64,000 nt of DNA from a bacterium (GTDB lineage: Bacteria > Elusimicrobiota > Elusimicrobia > Elusimicrobiales > UBA9959), in the NCBI GenBank assembly GCA_021811315.1, contig JAJZPF010000001.1, positions 206,153-270,152 on the forward strand. Reading direction: 5' to 3'. A program made the translations under genes and the position numbers. Shown here in pieces: positions 9,233 through 19,171 of the stretch. Below the pieces are notes generated by a model that was not told where the DNA came from, searched no databases, and saw only the letters and a program-made list of their open reading frames with translations. Position 1 is the stretch's first letter, and the number at the start of each line of letters is the position of its first letter.

Positions 9233-9257
9233 TTATTTACCGCTCGGTAAATAATTT
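9233..9257 (+). terminator. Weak AT-rich hairpin terminator after the flavoprotein pair
   Basis: ttatttacc-gctc-ggtaaataa followed by TTT. Confidence 0.35.
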
Positions 9258-9291
9258 GCAATAAAAAAGGCCGCGGCCGCGTTGTATTGGT

Positions 9292-10587
9292 ATGCAGCTC
9301 ATCCATAAACCCATGACCCTCAATAAAAAGCTCCTCCTTTTGCCTATGCTCCTGCTGCTTGCGGGCCGCGCTGCCGCGCAGCAGCAGCTCTCCCTGGACT
9401 GGGACGCGGCCAGGCGGCTGGCCGCGGCCAATAATCCCTCGGTCAAAGCCGCCCGCGCCTCTATGGAGCAGGCCGGCTACGACTACCTGGCCGGGGCCGG
9501 GCTTAATTACTATATCTCCAATATCGGCCTTTCCCACTCCGTCTCCAGGTCGGGCGTTCCGGACTCCCCCCCGGGCAACTACAGCTGGAGCGCCGGGGTT
9601 TCCGTTTCCGAGAACCTTTTAAACCTTAAAGCGGCCTCCGCGGTTAAAACCAGCCGGATAAACAAAGAAAGGGCGGAATCGGACTACCGGTCGGTTTCGG
9701 CTTCGGCCAGGCAGGCCCTCGCCGCCGCCTTCGCCGACCTGCTTTTCGCGCAGAAAAGGATAGAGGTACAGAAGAAGATCCTCTCCATCAGGGCGGAGAA
9801 CGCCAAACTCATCAGGCTGAAGTACGAAAGCGGCATGGAATCCAACGGCAACGCTCTTTACACCGAGGCCCTGGCCGAGAATTCCGGGGTTTCCGTTAAA
9901 AAAGCGGAGCGCCAGGTGGCCGTGGCCCAGCGCGCCCTGCTTGAGGCCATGGGCCTGGAGGGAAACATCCAGGTAAAGGCGAACGGCGACATCAGCGTGC
10001 CGGCTTTCAGCCTGGACGAGGCCCGCCTGGCCCGGGCTTTGGAACAGTCCCCCGGTATAGTCTCGGCTAAAAAGACGCTGGAGTCCGCGAAAGAGAAGAA
10101 CGAGTCCGCCCGCTATTCGGCCTACCCTACGCTTACCGCCAGCCAGGGCTACAGCTGGAGCGGCGACACCGAATTCCCGCAGGACCCGAGCTGGCGGCTC
10201 GGGCTCAGCCTGAACATCCCTATTTTCTCCGGCGGCCCCACCGCCTACGTCAACAGCCTGGCTTCGGCGAAAAGGGCCCTGGCCGCCGCCGAAGAGAACT
10301 TCAAGGCGAAAAGGATCTCGCTCGCCTCCTCGCTGCGCTCCGGCTACGACGATTATCTGAGCGCCGCCGAAACCGCGCAGGCGAACGTCTCGCTCCTGAA
10401 GGCCAACGAGGAGCGCTTCAAGGAAGCCCAGATCAAATATATGGCCGGCAAGATAAGCTTTATAGACCTGGAGAACGTGGAGCAGAATTTCGTGGACTCG
10501 GACCTGAACCAGCTGGACTACGCCCGCGCGGCCCACAGCCGCAAGCTGGCGCTGGAGCAGCTGCTGGGCGTCGGCGTAGAGGAATAA
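9292..10587 (+). CDS. TolC-family outer-membrane efflux channel
   Basis: 431-aa ORF. Signal peptide (probably from the alternative start at 9313, MTLNKKLLLLPMLLLLAGRAAAQQ). Two-repeat OEP-type helical/beta pattern. First gene of the MacAB-type operon. Confidence 0.85.
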   Translation: MQLIHKPMTLNKKLLLLPMLLLLAGRAAAQQQLSLDWDAARRLAAANNPSVKAARASMEQAGYDYLAGAGLNYYISNIGLSHSVSRSGVPDSPPGNYSWSAGVSVSENLLNLKAASAVKTSRINKERAESDYRSVSASARQALAAAFADLLFAQKRIEVQKKILSIRAENAKLIRLKYESGMESNGNALYTEALAENSGVSVKKAERQVAVAQRALLEAMGLEGNIQVKANGDISVPAFSLDEARLARALEQSPGIVSAKKTLESAKEKNESARYSAYPTLTASQGYSWSGDTEFPQDPSWRLGLSLNIPIFSGGPTAYVNSLASAKRALAAAEENFKAKRISLASSLRSGYDDYLSAAETAQANVSLLKANEERFKEAQIKYMAGKISFIDLENVEQNFVDSDLNQLDYARAAHSRKLALEQLLGVGVEE

Positions 10588-10597
10588 GGCGAACAAT

Positions 10598-11581
10598 ATG
10601 AAAAAACTGATCATCATCCTTGTCGCGGCGGCGCTGGCCGGCGGCGGCTGGTACTACTACAAGAAAAAGAGCGCGGACAGCGCGCCGAGATACGCCGAAG
10701 CGCAGGCGGAGCTCAGGGACCTTTCGGAGGTGGTGGATACCACCGGCGTGGTGGCCCCGGAGAACCGCGTGGAGATCCAGCCCTCCTCCTCCGGCCGGAT
10801 CGAGGAGATCCTGGTCGACGAAGGCGAAACCATAAACGCCGGCGAGGTGCTGGCGCTGATGAGCTCTTCGGACCGGGTGGCCATCCTCGACGCGGCGCGC
10901 GCTTCCGGCGACGACCAGTACAAGCAGTGGAAGGAAACCTACAAGCCCATCAAGATAATTTCCCCGATCAGCGGCACGCTGATACTGAAAAACGTCGTCG
11001 AGGGGCAGACGGTGGGCGCGAGCACGGTGCTGTTCGCTATCTCCGACAAGCTCATCGTTTCCGCCAGCCTGGACGAGTCGGATATCGGCCGCGTGAAGCT
11101 CGGGCAGCGCGCGTCCATAATCCTGGACGCCTATCCCGATAAAAAAGTGAGCGGCACCGTTTTCAAGATCCTCGACGAGGGCACCACCAAGAGCAACGTG
11201 GTCACCTACACCGTGAAGATCAGGCCCGACCGCGTGCCGCCTTTCTTCCGCTCGCAGATGACAGCCAATATAAAGATCAGCATCTCCGAGCGCAAGGGCG
11301 TGCTCCTGGTCCCGGCCATGGCCGTCACCACCAATTCCCAGGGCGAGACGGCGGTGATAAAAGAACTGAAAGAGGGCCAGCCGGTTTACGCCAAAGTGCA
11401 GACCGGCCAGAACGAGGGCGATATGGTGGAGATAACCTCCGGGCTTGAGGAAGGCGACACCGTGTTTTACCAGAGAAAAAGGTACACGGCGCAGGTGGAC
11501 TCCGCCGGGAAGAATCCCCTGATGCCGAGCCGCCCGAAGGTCCCCCGCGGAGCCGGCAGGGCTCTGGGCGGCGCCCATTAA
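10598..11581 (+). CDS. macA: Efflux periplasmic adaptor (HlyD/MacA family)
   Basis: 327-aa ORF. N-terminal TM anchor and lipoyl/beta-barrel motifs (GRIEEILVDEGETINAGEVLALM; VSGTVFKI). Sits between the TolC and MacB homologs. Confidence 0.8.
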   Translation: MKKLIIILVAAALAGGGWYYYKKKSADSAPRYAEAQAELRDLSEVVDTTGVVAPENRVEIQPSSSGRIEEILVDEGETINAGEVLALMSSSDRVAILDAARASGDDQYKQWKETYKPIKIISPISGTLILKNVVEGQTVGASTVLFAISDKLIVSASLDESDIGRVKLGQRASIILDAYPDKKVSGTVFKILDEGTTKSNVVTYTVKIRPDRVPPFFRSQMTANIKISISERKGVLLVPAMAVTTNSQGETAVIKELKEGQPVYAKVQTGQNEGDMVEITSGLEEGDTVFYQRKRYTAQVDSAGKNPLMPSRPKVPRGAGRALGGAH

Positions 11582-11658
11582 GAACGGCCGGATATACCGC
11601 CCGCCAAAAAGCGGCGGGCCTCCTTCCTGGAGAAAATACGCCGCGGACAAAGATTTTT

Positions 11659-13608
11659 ATGATCGAACTTAAAGGCATTAAAAAAGTCTACCAGATGGGC
11701 GGCGAGCCGCTGGAGATCCTGAAAGGCGTGGACCTGTCGGTCAAAGAAGGCGAATTCGTGGCCATCATGGGCCCGTCCGGCTCCGGCAAATCCACCCTGA
11801 TGCATATCCTGGGCCTCCTCGACCGGCCCACCGCCGGCTCCTACAAGCTTTTCGGCAGGGAAATTTCGGAACTTGACGACATAGAGCTGTCTTACCTCCG
11901 GGCCCGCATCCTCGGCTTCGTCTTCCAGCAGTTCAATTTGCTGCCGCGCATCACCGCCGCCGCCAACGTGGCCCTGCCCCAGATCTACCTGGGCGAAAAG
12001 GCCCGCCCGCACGAAGCGATAAAATACCTGGAACAGGTCGGCCTCGCCGACCGCACCGACCATAAGCCCAACCAGCTCTCCGGCGGCCAGCAGCAGCGCG
12101 TGGCGATAGCCCGCTCCCTGGTGAACGACCCGAAGATCATCTTCGCCGACGAACCCACCGGCAACCTGGCTTCGGCCCAATCCAACGAGATAATGGAGAT
12201 CTTCCGCAAGCTCAACGACCGGGGGATCACCATCGTCATAGTCACCCATGAGCCCGACATCGCCGCCTGGGCGGACCGCGTTATAAAGCTGAAAGACGGC
12301 ATGATAACCGAGGACGTGTCCAAAAAAGCGCCGGCGAAAAAAGAAGAGTCCCTGAAGCGCCTCCACATCCCGAAATCTTTTTTCCTCAGCTGGCGCGAGG
12401 TGGCCGAGAACCTAGGCTCCTCGGTAAGCTCGATCATCAGCAATAAGACCAGGTCCCTCCTGACCATGCTCGGCATTATCATCGGCGTAGGCGCCCTGAT
12501 AGCCATGCTGGCCGTCGGCACCGGCGCCCAGCGCTCCATCCAGAAGCAGATGTCCGGGCTCGGAACCAATTTGCTCAGCGTGATGCCCGGGATGTTCCGG
12601 CAGGGCGGGATGGGGATGGGGGCGGGAGCGGTCAGCCGCCTAACCATAGAGGACGCCAAGGCCATAGCGGAGGAAGTTCCGGATATAACAAGGGCGGACT
12701 GCAACGTTTCCGGCAATGCCCAGGTGGCTTACGGCGCCAAGAACCAGCGCACCAGCATTACCGGCGTGACCGCCGTTTACGCCTCGATGCGCAATTCGCA
12801 GCCTTATTACGGGCGCTTCTTCTCCGACGCGGAGGGCGCGCGCCTGGCCAAGGTGGCGCTGGTAGGAAATACCGTGGTGAAAGAGCTTTTCGCCGGGGAG
12901 AACCCCGTCGGCAAGACCATCAAGATCAACAGCAAGTACTTTACCGTGATCGGCGTGCTGCCGCTGAAAGGCGCCGGCGGCATGCGCGACCAGGACGACG
13001 TGGTGATCGTTCCCCTGCAGACGGCGATGAAAGTCGTGCTGGGAAAAACCTATCTCAACTCGATCTGGGTGGAAGTGGCCGATTTCAGCCTGATGCCCGA
13101 CGTGCAGGAAAAAATAAAAGCGCTGATGCGCAAGCGGCACAATATCCCGGCCCACAAGGACGACGACGTGATGCTGATGAACATGGCCGAGATGCAGACC
13201 ATGCTGACCGGAACCATAAAGACCTTCAGCACGCTGCTCGGCATGATAGCGGGCATCTCGCTCATCGTCGGCGGCATAGGCATCATGAACATCATGCTGG
13301 TGAGCGTCAGCGAGCGAACCAAGGAGATAGGCCTGCGCAAAGCCATAGGGGCCACCAGCCGCGCCGTGCTGCTGCAGTTCCTGATAGAGGCGGTCATCGT
13401 CTCGGTGGTGGGCGGGGTGCTCGGCATAATAAGCGGGGCGGCCAGTTCCGTCATACTTTCCAAGCTTTCCGGCTGGGCGGTCTATATCTCGCCTTTCTCG
13501 GTCGCTTTGGCCTTCGGCTTCTCCGCCGGGGTGGGCATCGTCTTCGGCTTCTGGCCGGCGAAAAAAGCGTCCCTGCTTTCCCCTATAGAAGCTCTCCGTT
13601 ACGAATAA
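11659..13608 (+). CDS. macB: MacB-type fused ABC ATPase + FtsX permease
   Basis: 649-aa ORF. Walker [10 protein letters not shown], signature [15 protein letters not shown], Walker [12 protein letters not shown], then an FtsX-type 4-TM permease with a large periplasmic loop. Confidence 0.9.
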   Translation: MIELKGIKKVYQMGGEPLEILKGVDLSVKEGEFVAIMGPSGSGKSTLMHILGLLDRPTAGSYKLFGREISELDDIELSYLRARILGFVFQQFNLLPRITAAANVALPQIYLGEKARPHEAIKYLEQVGLADRTDHKPNQLSGGQQQRVAIARSLVNDPKIIFADEPTGNLASAQSNEIMEIFRKLNDRGITIVIVTHEPDIAAWADRVIKLKDGMITEDVSKKAPAKKEESLKRLHIPKSFFLSWREVAENLGSSVSSIISNKTRSLLTMLGIIIGVGALIAMLAVGTGAQRSIQKQMSGLGTNLLSVMPGMFRQGGMGMGAGAVSRLTIEDAKAIAEEVPDITRADCNVSGNAQVAYGAKNQRTSITGVTAVYASMRNSQPYYGRFFSDAEGARLAKVALVGNTVVKELFAGENPVGKTIKINSKYFTVIGVLPLKGAGGMRDQDDVVIVPLQTAMKVVLGKTYLNSIWVEVADFSLMPDVQEKIKALMRKRHNIPAHKDDDVMLMNMAEMQTMLTGTIKTFSTLLGMIAGISLIVGGIGIMNIMLVSVSERTKEIGLRKAIGATSRAVLLQFLIEAVIVSVVGGVLGIISGAASSVILSKLSGWAVYISPFSVALAFGFSAGVGIVFGFWPAKKASLLSPIEALRYE

Positions 13609-13695
13609 TTTAGTAATATATACGATCACTGAGCGGCTTCCCGCAATAGCGGGCCGGCCGCCTGATCGTCTAGCTTGAGTTTTCTGGAGGTTCCT

Positions 13696-14097
13696 ATGGT
13701 AAGCGTCCTCGTTAAATGTCCGCATTGCAACAAATCGCTGATGAATCCCAAAAAAAAGCTGGACAATGCCTCCTCCATCGAGGTCAACCTGACCTATGCG
13801 GGCAAACACGCCCCGCTTTACATGAGCTCCCTTTACGGCAGCTACCTCATCGAGACCGACCTGAGCATGCCGGTAGGCAAAGTGGCCGGTTTCCGCTGCC
13901 CCCACTGCAAGGCCGACCTGAAGAGCACCCGCAAGTGCGACGCCTGCGGCTCCCAGATGATAGCTTTCGAGCTTAAGGACGGCGGCCAGGTGCAGATCTG
14001 CTCGCGCCGCGGCTGCAAAAAGCACGTCCTCGAGTTCCAGAACGCCGACAGCGAACTGCAGGCTTTCTACAAGTCCTACCTGAAAGCGCTGAAATAA
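13696..14097 (+). CDS. Double zinc-ribbon protein (unknown function)
   Basis: ATG at 13696 is preceded by GGAGG. Four Cys pairs: CPHC, CPHC, CDAC, CSRRGC. Confidence 0.6.
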   Translation: MVSVLVKCPHCNKSLMNPKKKLDNASSIEVNLTYAGKHAPLYMSSLYGSYLIETDLSMPVGKVAGFRCPHCKADLKSTRKCDACGSQMIAFELKDGGQVQICSRRGCKKHVLEFQNADSELQAFYKSYLKALK

Positions 14098-14249
14098 GAG
14101 AGGCGGGTCCTGTCAGGGGTCCTGCCCCGCGCACCCTGGAAGAGGAAACCCTTGCGTCGGTTTCCCCCCGCCTTGGGAATTTATGGCGGGGCCCCCCATC
14201 CGCAAAGGGTGCGCGAAGCAAGACCCCTGCCACCCGCCAGGTAAAGCCG

Positions 14250-15035
14250 ATGCCGGAAACCGAACACAAAAGCTTCTTCCGCACCCACAAGGTGCTGGCC
14301 TTCATCCCGCTGCTCCTGCTTGGCGCCGGGGTCTGGTATTTCATCCGGGCCCGCACGGAAAGCCGCGGGGCCGAATCCGCCCCGGCGCAAATGAGCGGAC
14401 TGTTCGGCAAGCAGCCCGCTCCCGCGGCGAAGCCCCGGCCGGAAGCGGCCCCGGCCACGGAGGCCGTCACGGCCGGAAGCGGCGCGCCCGTCTTAACGGC
14501 GCAGGAGGCCTACGACCCGAAAGCCGGCATCGACATCCAGGGCCCGCCGGAATTCAAGAGCCAGGTGACGCACGCGCTCAAGCTGATCTGGATGGCCGAC
14601 CGCGAAACTTTCCTTTTCCTGAAAAAGAACCTGTACGTGATAAGGAACGAGAATCAGACCGGTTTTTACATGGAGAACGGGAAGCCGGTAGCGGCGCTTT
14701 CCGACGCCCACGCCTTCCGCTCCCTCACCTGGTGCGCCGGGATCCTCGCCCACCAGGGCTGGCACGCCTGGTATACGCTGACCAAGAAGAAAAAAAGCCG
14801 CCTCGCCCCGCCGCTGCCCGGGGACAAGGACGAGCGGGTGATAGACGTGAACCCGATGCGTTTCGATTACAAGGGGATGGACGCCATACTTTACGTCGAA
14901 GACAAAGCTTCCGCCTTCCAGCTGGAAGTCCTCAAGAAAGTCGGGGCCCCCGCGAGCGAAACGCGCCCTATTTTCCGCCGCTTGCCGCGCGATTTCCAGT
15001 ACGCGCACGACGGCAATTACGCCATAAACCCGTGA
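14250..15035 (+). CDS. Membrane-anchored hypothetical protein
   Basis: 261-aa ORF. Single N-terminal TM (VLAFIPLLLLGAGVWYFI), a Pro/Ala linker, then a globular domain containing HQGWH. The stop overlaps the dus GTG (GTGA). Confidence 0.55.
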   Translation: MPETEHKSFFRTHKVLAFIPLLLLGAGVWYFIRARTESRGAESAPAQMSGLFGKQPAPAAKPRPEAAPATEAVTAGSGAPVLTAQEAYDPKAGIDIQGPPEFKSQVTHALKLIWMADRETFLFLKKNLYVIRNENQTGFYMENGKPVAALSDAHAFRSLTWCAGILAHQGWHAWYTLTKKKKSRLAPPLPGDKDERVIDVNPMRFDYKGMDAILYVEDKASAFQLEVLKKVGAPASETRPIFRRLPRDFQYAHDGNYAINP

Positions 15036-16006
15036 CCGACAACTTATTGCGCCCTCTTTCGATAGGAAGCGTAACCCTCAGGAACAACCTCGCGCTGGCC
15101 CCAATGGCCGGCATCACCAACGCCGCTTTCCGGATCCTCGCCGCCGAGGGCGGCGCCGGGCTGGTGGTCACAGAGATGATCTCCGCCGAAAGCATAAAAT
15201 ACGGGAACAAAAAATCCTTCAAGATGCTCGAGCTCCTGCCGGGGGAACATCCCGCCGCGATCCAGATCTTCGGCGCGGATCCCTCCTCCATGGCGCTGGC
15301 CGCCCAGGCCGCCGAGCGCGCGGGGGCCGATATCGTGGATATAAACGCCGGCTGCCCGGTGAAAAAAGTCCTCCGCTCCGGCGCGGGGTCGGCCCTGATG
15401 AAGACGCCGCTGCTGCTCGGCGACATAGTTTCCCGCATGGTGAAAAGCGTGAAGGTCCCGGTGACCGTTAAATTCAGGATAGGCCTTAACGCCGGGGAGA
15501 ATCTCGGGCCCCTGCTTGCGCGCGTCTGCGAAGAGGCCGGCGCCGCCGCGATCACCCTGCACGGCAGGCCGGCTTCCCAGTTCCATACCGGGCCGGTGAA
15601 CCTGGAAGCCGTGGCCGGGACCGCCGCGGCGGTAAAGATCCCCGTCTTCGGGAACGGCGGGATAGAGAACGCCGCCGGGGCCCGCGCGATGCTTGAAGCC
15701 GGCTGCGCCGGGGTAGCCATAGGGCGCGCGGCCGTGTTCAACCCCGCCCTCTTCGCGGAGATCGCTTCCGGCCTTTCCGGCGGCCTGGCCGAGCCGGTCA
15801 CTTCCGCCGTCCGCATGAAACTTTTTTTGCGCTTCCTCGAGCTGAACGCGGGGATCTACGGCGAGGAGCACGGCATGGCGCGGGCCCGCAAGCTGGTAGG
15901 CTACTGGCTTAAAGGGCTCCCCGGCGCCTCCGGGGCGCGCGGGGCTTTTATGAAGCTGAAAACCCTTAAAGAGGCCGAAGCCCTTTTGATACAATATACG
16001 AAGTGA
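15032..16006 (+). CDS. dus: tRNA-dihydrouridine synthase
   Basis: The conserved Dus N-terminus (LAPMAGITNAAFRILA, VTEMISAES) begins just after the in-frame GTG at 15032. The 14183 start in the track adds about 280 Arg/Pro/Gly-rich residues that overlap another gene. Confidence 0.85.
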   Translation: MTDNLLRPLSIGSVTLRNNLALAPMAGITNAAFRILAAEGGAGLVVTEMISAESIKYGNKKSFKMLELLPGEHPAAIQIFGADPSSMALAAQAAERAGADIVDINAGCPVKKVLRSGAGSALMKTPLLLGDIVSRMVKSVKVPVTVKFRIGLNAGENLGPLLARVCEEAGAAAITLHGRPASQFHTGPVNLEAVAGTAAAVKIPVFGNGGIENAAGARAMLEAGCAGVAIGRAAVFNPALFAEIASGLSGGLAEPVTSAVRMKLFLRFLELNAGIYGEEHGMARARKLVGYWLKGLPGASGARGAFMKLKTLKEAEALLIQYTK

Positions 16007-16095
16007 TCGGGAATCGAGGATCGGGAATCCTTTAAGCAGATACAGGTCCCAAATCTCCTGCTCCGCTGTTTTGATCCCCGATCCTCGATTCCCGA
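16007..16095. repeat. 23-nt inverted repeat built from a 14-nt tandem unit (GATYCCCGAYYCTC), 43-nt spacer
   Basis: tcgggaatcgaggatcgggaatc (16007-16029) matches the reverse complement of gatccccgatcctcgattcccga (16073-16095) at 22 of 23 positions. It fills the dus-mutS gap. Confidence 0.7.
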
Positions 16096-16108
16096 CTCTC
16101 GATTTTTT

Positions 16109-18682
16109 ATGACCCAAGTTGAAACTCCCGAAACCCCCCTGATGCAGCAGTACCAGTCGCTGAAGAGTTCCTATCCCCACGCCCTGCTCTTTTTCCGCCT
16201 GGGAGATTTTTACGAGATGTTCTACGACGACGCGAAGACCGCGAGCGCGGTGATCGGCCTTACCCTCACGGCCAGGCAGGGCGTCCCCATGTGCGGCGTC
16301 CCGCACCACGCCGCCTCCAACTATATCTGCCGCCTCCTCGCCGCCGGCCACAAGGTGGCCATCTGCGAGCAGGTGGCGCCCTCCGGCGACGCGAAGAAAG
16401 CGAAGCTGTTCAAGCGGGAAGTCGTGCGGCTGATAACCCCCGGCACCGTGGTCGAGGACGAGCTGCTCACGCCGAGGGCCTCCAGGTACCTGGTCGCCCT
16501 GGACCTGGATATCGTAGGCTGGGGCCTCGCCTCCCTGGACGCCTCCACCGGCGACTTCCTCGCCACCCAGAACCTCAACGACCCGGACCTCTACCATCTG
16601 CTCTCTTTTATTTCCAAGACCGGCCCAGCCGAGATCCTGGCCAACGCCCGCACCGTGAAAGAAATTAAAAGGCGCGGCCTGGACTTCGGGCCGGCGCCGG
16701 TAACGGAATACGCGATGCACGAAGCGGCCCTGCCGGCCTGGGCCTCGCAGGCCGTGTGGCAGAACCACAAGCTGGCCATGAAGACCGCGCTGGAGATCAC
16801 CGCCTATGTGCGCCAGACCCAGCCCGGCCTCAAGGAAGTTTTCTCCCCCTTTTACTACGAGCCGCAGAACCGGCTGCAGCTGGACGAATCCGCCATAAAG
16901 ACGCTGGAGCTCGTTTCCTCACCGGACGGGGACGATTCAAAGACCCTCTGGGGCGTGCTGGACCAGGCCAAGACCGCAATGGGCTCGCGCCTTTTGCGCC
17001 GCTGGATCCTGGAGCCTTTATGCGACCTGCGCGAGATACTCTCCCGCCAGGCCTTCACCGCCTTCCTGGCCGAGAACCGCGAGGCGCGCGAGCAGCTGGG
17101 CGATATCCTCTCCCAGGTCCCGGATATAGAGCGCCTCCTCGGCCGGGTGATAAACCTGAGCGCCTCGCCGCGCGACCTCGCCGCCGTGCGCAAAGCCCTG
17201 GGCCAGCTGCCGCGGCTGAAACTGCTCCTGAGCTCCGCCGGTTTCTTCGAATGCGCCCCCGAGCTGGCTTCGCGCCTGGACGGGGCCTCCCACGCGCTCA
17301 ACGGCCTGCGCGCCGTGCTTGAAAAGGACCTCGCTGAAACCCCGCCCGCGCGGCTTTCCGACGGCGGGGTCATCCGCGAGGGCGCGAGCGCGGAGCTGGA
17401 CGAGCTGCGCTCCGTCCGCCGCGACAGCCAGCAGCTTCTGACGGACATCGAGCTGCGCGAGAAAGAAAAGACGGGGATCTCCACGCTGAAGGTAGGCTAT
17501 AACGGGATCTTCGGCTATTTCATAGAGGTGTCCAAGGCGCAGACGCCCAAAGTCCCCCACTATTTCGTCCGCAAGCAGACCCTGGTCAACGCCGAGCGCT
17601 ATATCACCGAGGAGCTCAAGGTCCTCGAGAACAAGATCCTGGGCGCCGAAGAAAAAATGTCGAAGCTGGAGGCCCACCTTTTCGCCGGGCTGCGCGAGAA
17701 AGTGCGCGCCGCGATAGGCGAGATAAAGACCTTCGCCTCGGGCGCCGCCGAGCTCGACGTTTTCTACGCCCTGGCCGAGAGCGCGGTGCGCTATGAATTC
17801 GCCAGGCCCCGCGTCAATTCCGGCGACCTGCTCAAGGTGGAGGAAGGCCGCCACCCCGCCGTGGAACGCTTTCTGCCGGCCGGGACCTTCGTTCCGAACG
17901 ACCTCGAGCTGGGCAGCTCCTCCGCGAGGATCATAATACTCACCGGCCCCAATATGAGCGGCAAAAGCGTCTATCTCCGCCAGGCGGCCGTGGCCGTGAT
18001 CATGGCGCAGATGGGCTCCTTCGTCCCGGCAAGGGCCGCGGAGATCGGGATAATCGACCGCATCATGACGCGCATAGGCGCCCAGGACCGGATGGCCCGC
18101 GGCGAGTCCACCTTCATGGTAGAAATGCGGGAGACCTCCGCCATCATGCGGCTGGCCACCCCGAAGAGCCTGATCCTACTCGACGAGGTCGGGCGCGGGA
18201 CCTCCACTTTCGACGGGATCTCGATCGCCTGGGCCGTAGTGGAGCACCTCTACAAGCCCGAGGGCGGCCCGAAAGTCCTTTTCGCCACCCATTATTTCGA
18301 GCTGACCGAGCTGGCCGAGAAATTCGACGGGATAAAGAACTGCAATATCGCGGTTAAAGAGTGGACCAACGCCCTCGGCAAGACCGAAGTGGTCTTCCTG
18401 CACAAGATAGGCCAGGGCCCGGCCGATAAATCCTACGGCATCCACGTGGCGCAGCTGGCCGGCCTGCCCGAGAGCGCCCTGGAGCGCGCCCGGGAGATCC
18501 TTCATATCCTGGAGACCAAAGGGAACATCCAGGTGGCCTCCAATTTCGAGGAACAGACCCCGCTCCTCCCCATCTTCTCCAGCCACCCCGTGCTGGACGA
18601 AGTAAAAATGTGCGATACCGACAACCTCACGCCCATGCAGGCCCTTGCCGCAATAAGCGGCTGGAAGAAAAGGCTTAAATAA
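16109..18682 (+). CDS. mutS: DNA mismatch repair protein MutS
   Basis: 857-aa ORF. TPLMQQY, FFRLGDFYEMF, Walker A GPNMSGKS, DEVGRGTSTFDG. Confidence 0.97.
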   Translation: MTQVETPETPLMQQYQSLKSSYPHALLFFRLGDFYEMFYDDAKTASAVIGLTLTARQGVPMCGVPHHAASNYICRLLAAGHKVAICEQVAPSGDAKKAKLFKREVVRLITPGTVVEDELLTPRASRYLVALDLDIVGWGLASLDASTGDFLATQNLNDPDLYHLLSFISKTGPAEILANARTVKEIKRRGLDFGPAPVTEYAMHEAALPAWASQAVWQNHKLAMKTALEITAYVRQTQPGLKEVFSPFYYEPQNRLQLDESAIKTLELVSSPDGDDSKTLWGVLDQAKTAMGSRLLRRWILEPLCDLREILSRQAFTAFLAENREAREQLGDILSQVPDIERLLGRVINLSASPRDLAAVRKALGQLPRLKLLLSSAGFFECAPELASRLDGASHALNGLRAVLEKDLAETPPARLSDGGVIREGASAELDELRSVRRDSQQLLTDIELREKEKTGISTLKVGYNGIFGYFIEVSKAQTPKVPHYFVRKQTLVNAERYITEELKVLENKILGAEEKMSKLEAHLFAGLREKVRAAIGEIKTFASGAAELDVFYALAESAVRYEFARPRVNSGDLLKVEEGRHPAVERFLPAGTFVPNDLELGSSSARIIILTGPNMSGKSVYLRQAAVAVIMAQMGSFVPARAAEIGIIDRIMTRIGAQDRMARGESTFMVEMRETSAIMRLATPKSLILLDEVGRGTSTFDGISIAWAVVEHLYKPEGGPKVLFATHYFELTELAEKFDGIKNCNIAVKEWTNALGKTEVVFLHKIGQGPADKSYGIHVAQLAGLPESALERAREILHILETKGNIQVASNFEEQTPLLPIFSSHPVLDEVKMCDTDNLTPMQALAAISGWKKRLK

Positions 18683-18688
18683 GAGGGC

Positions 18689-19090
18689 TCAGCTGAAGCG
18701 GCGGAGCCAGGACTTTATCCTGGCGATGAGCTGCCAGCAGGAGAACAGCGCGCCCGGCAGGGCCGCGGAATAGGCGTGGGCCGCTTTAGCGACCGCTTCC
18801 GTATCCCCGTCGATGGCGAGCGCCATATCGAGCGGGGCGAACAGTATATACTTGAAGAAAAAAATGAGCTGCACGGCGTTCTCGATAAGAACGGCCGGGT
18901 TCGCGAATTTAAGTCGGAAGAAAAGCGCGGCCCCGAGCCCTCCCTCCAGGCCATAGAAAGCGAGGTTTCCCCACAGGGACCCGCCCGTTATCACCCCGGC
19001 CCTCAAATTCGGCCAAAAGAACTGCTCGGCCACGAACCAGAGCGGCGCGGCATAGTAAAAATAGTCGAGCCGGTTATTTTCCTTGTCCAT
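18689..19090 (-). CDS. Small integral membrane protein (unknown)
   Basis: 133-aa ORF with 4 predicted hydrophobic helices, convergent with mutS. Confidence 0.55.
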   Translation of the reverse strand: MDKENNRLDYFYYAAPLWFVAEQFFWPNLRAGVITGGSLWGNLAFYGLEGGLGAALFFRLKFANPAVLIENAVQLIFFFKYILFAPLDMALAIDGDTEAVAKAAHAYSAALPGALFSCWQLIARIKSWLRRFS

Positions 19091-19171
19091 AGTGCCTATA
19101 AAGGAGCGGACCTTTAGGCCCTTACGCGGTCCCTTTATAGTTATTATAATTTAAGAACAAAGAGAGGCTCA

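Noticed and set aside
14183-16006. 607-aa version of the dus ORF starting at 14183.
   Set aside because: The first ~280 residues are Arg/Pro/Gly-rich. They overlap the better-supported 14250..15035 ORF in another frame. The conserved Dus core begins right after an in-frame GTG at 15032, which overlaps the upstream stop.
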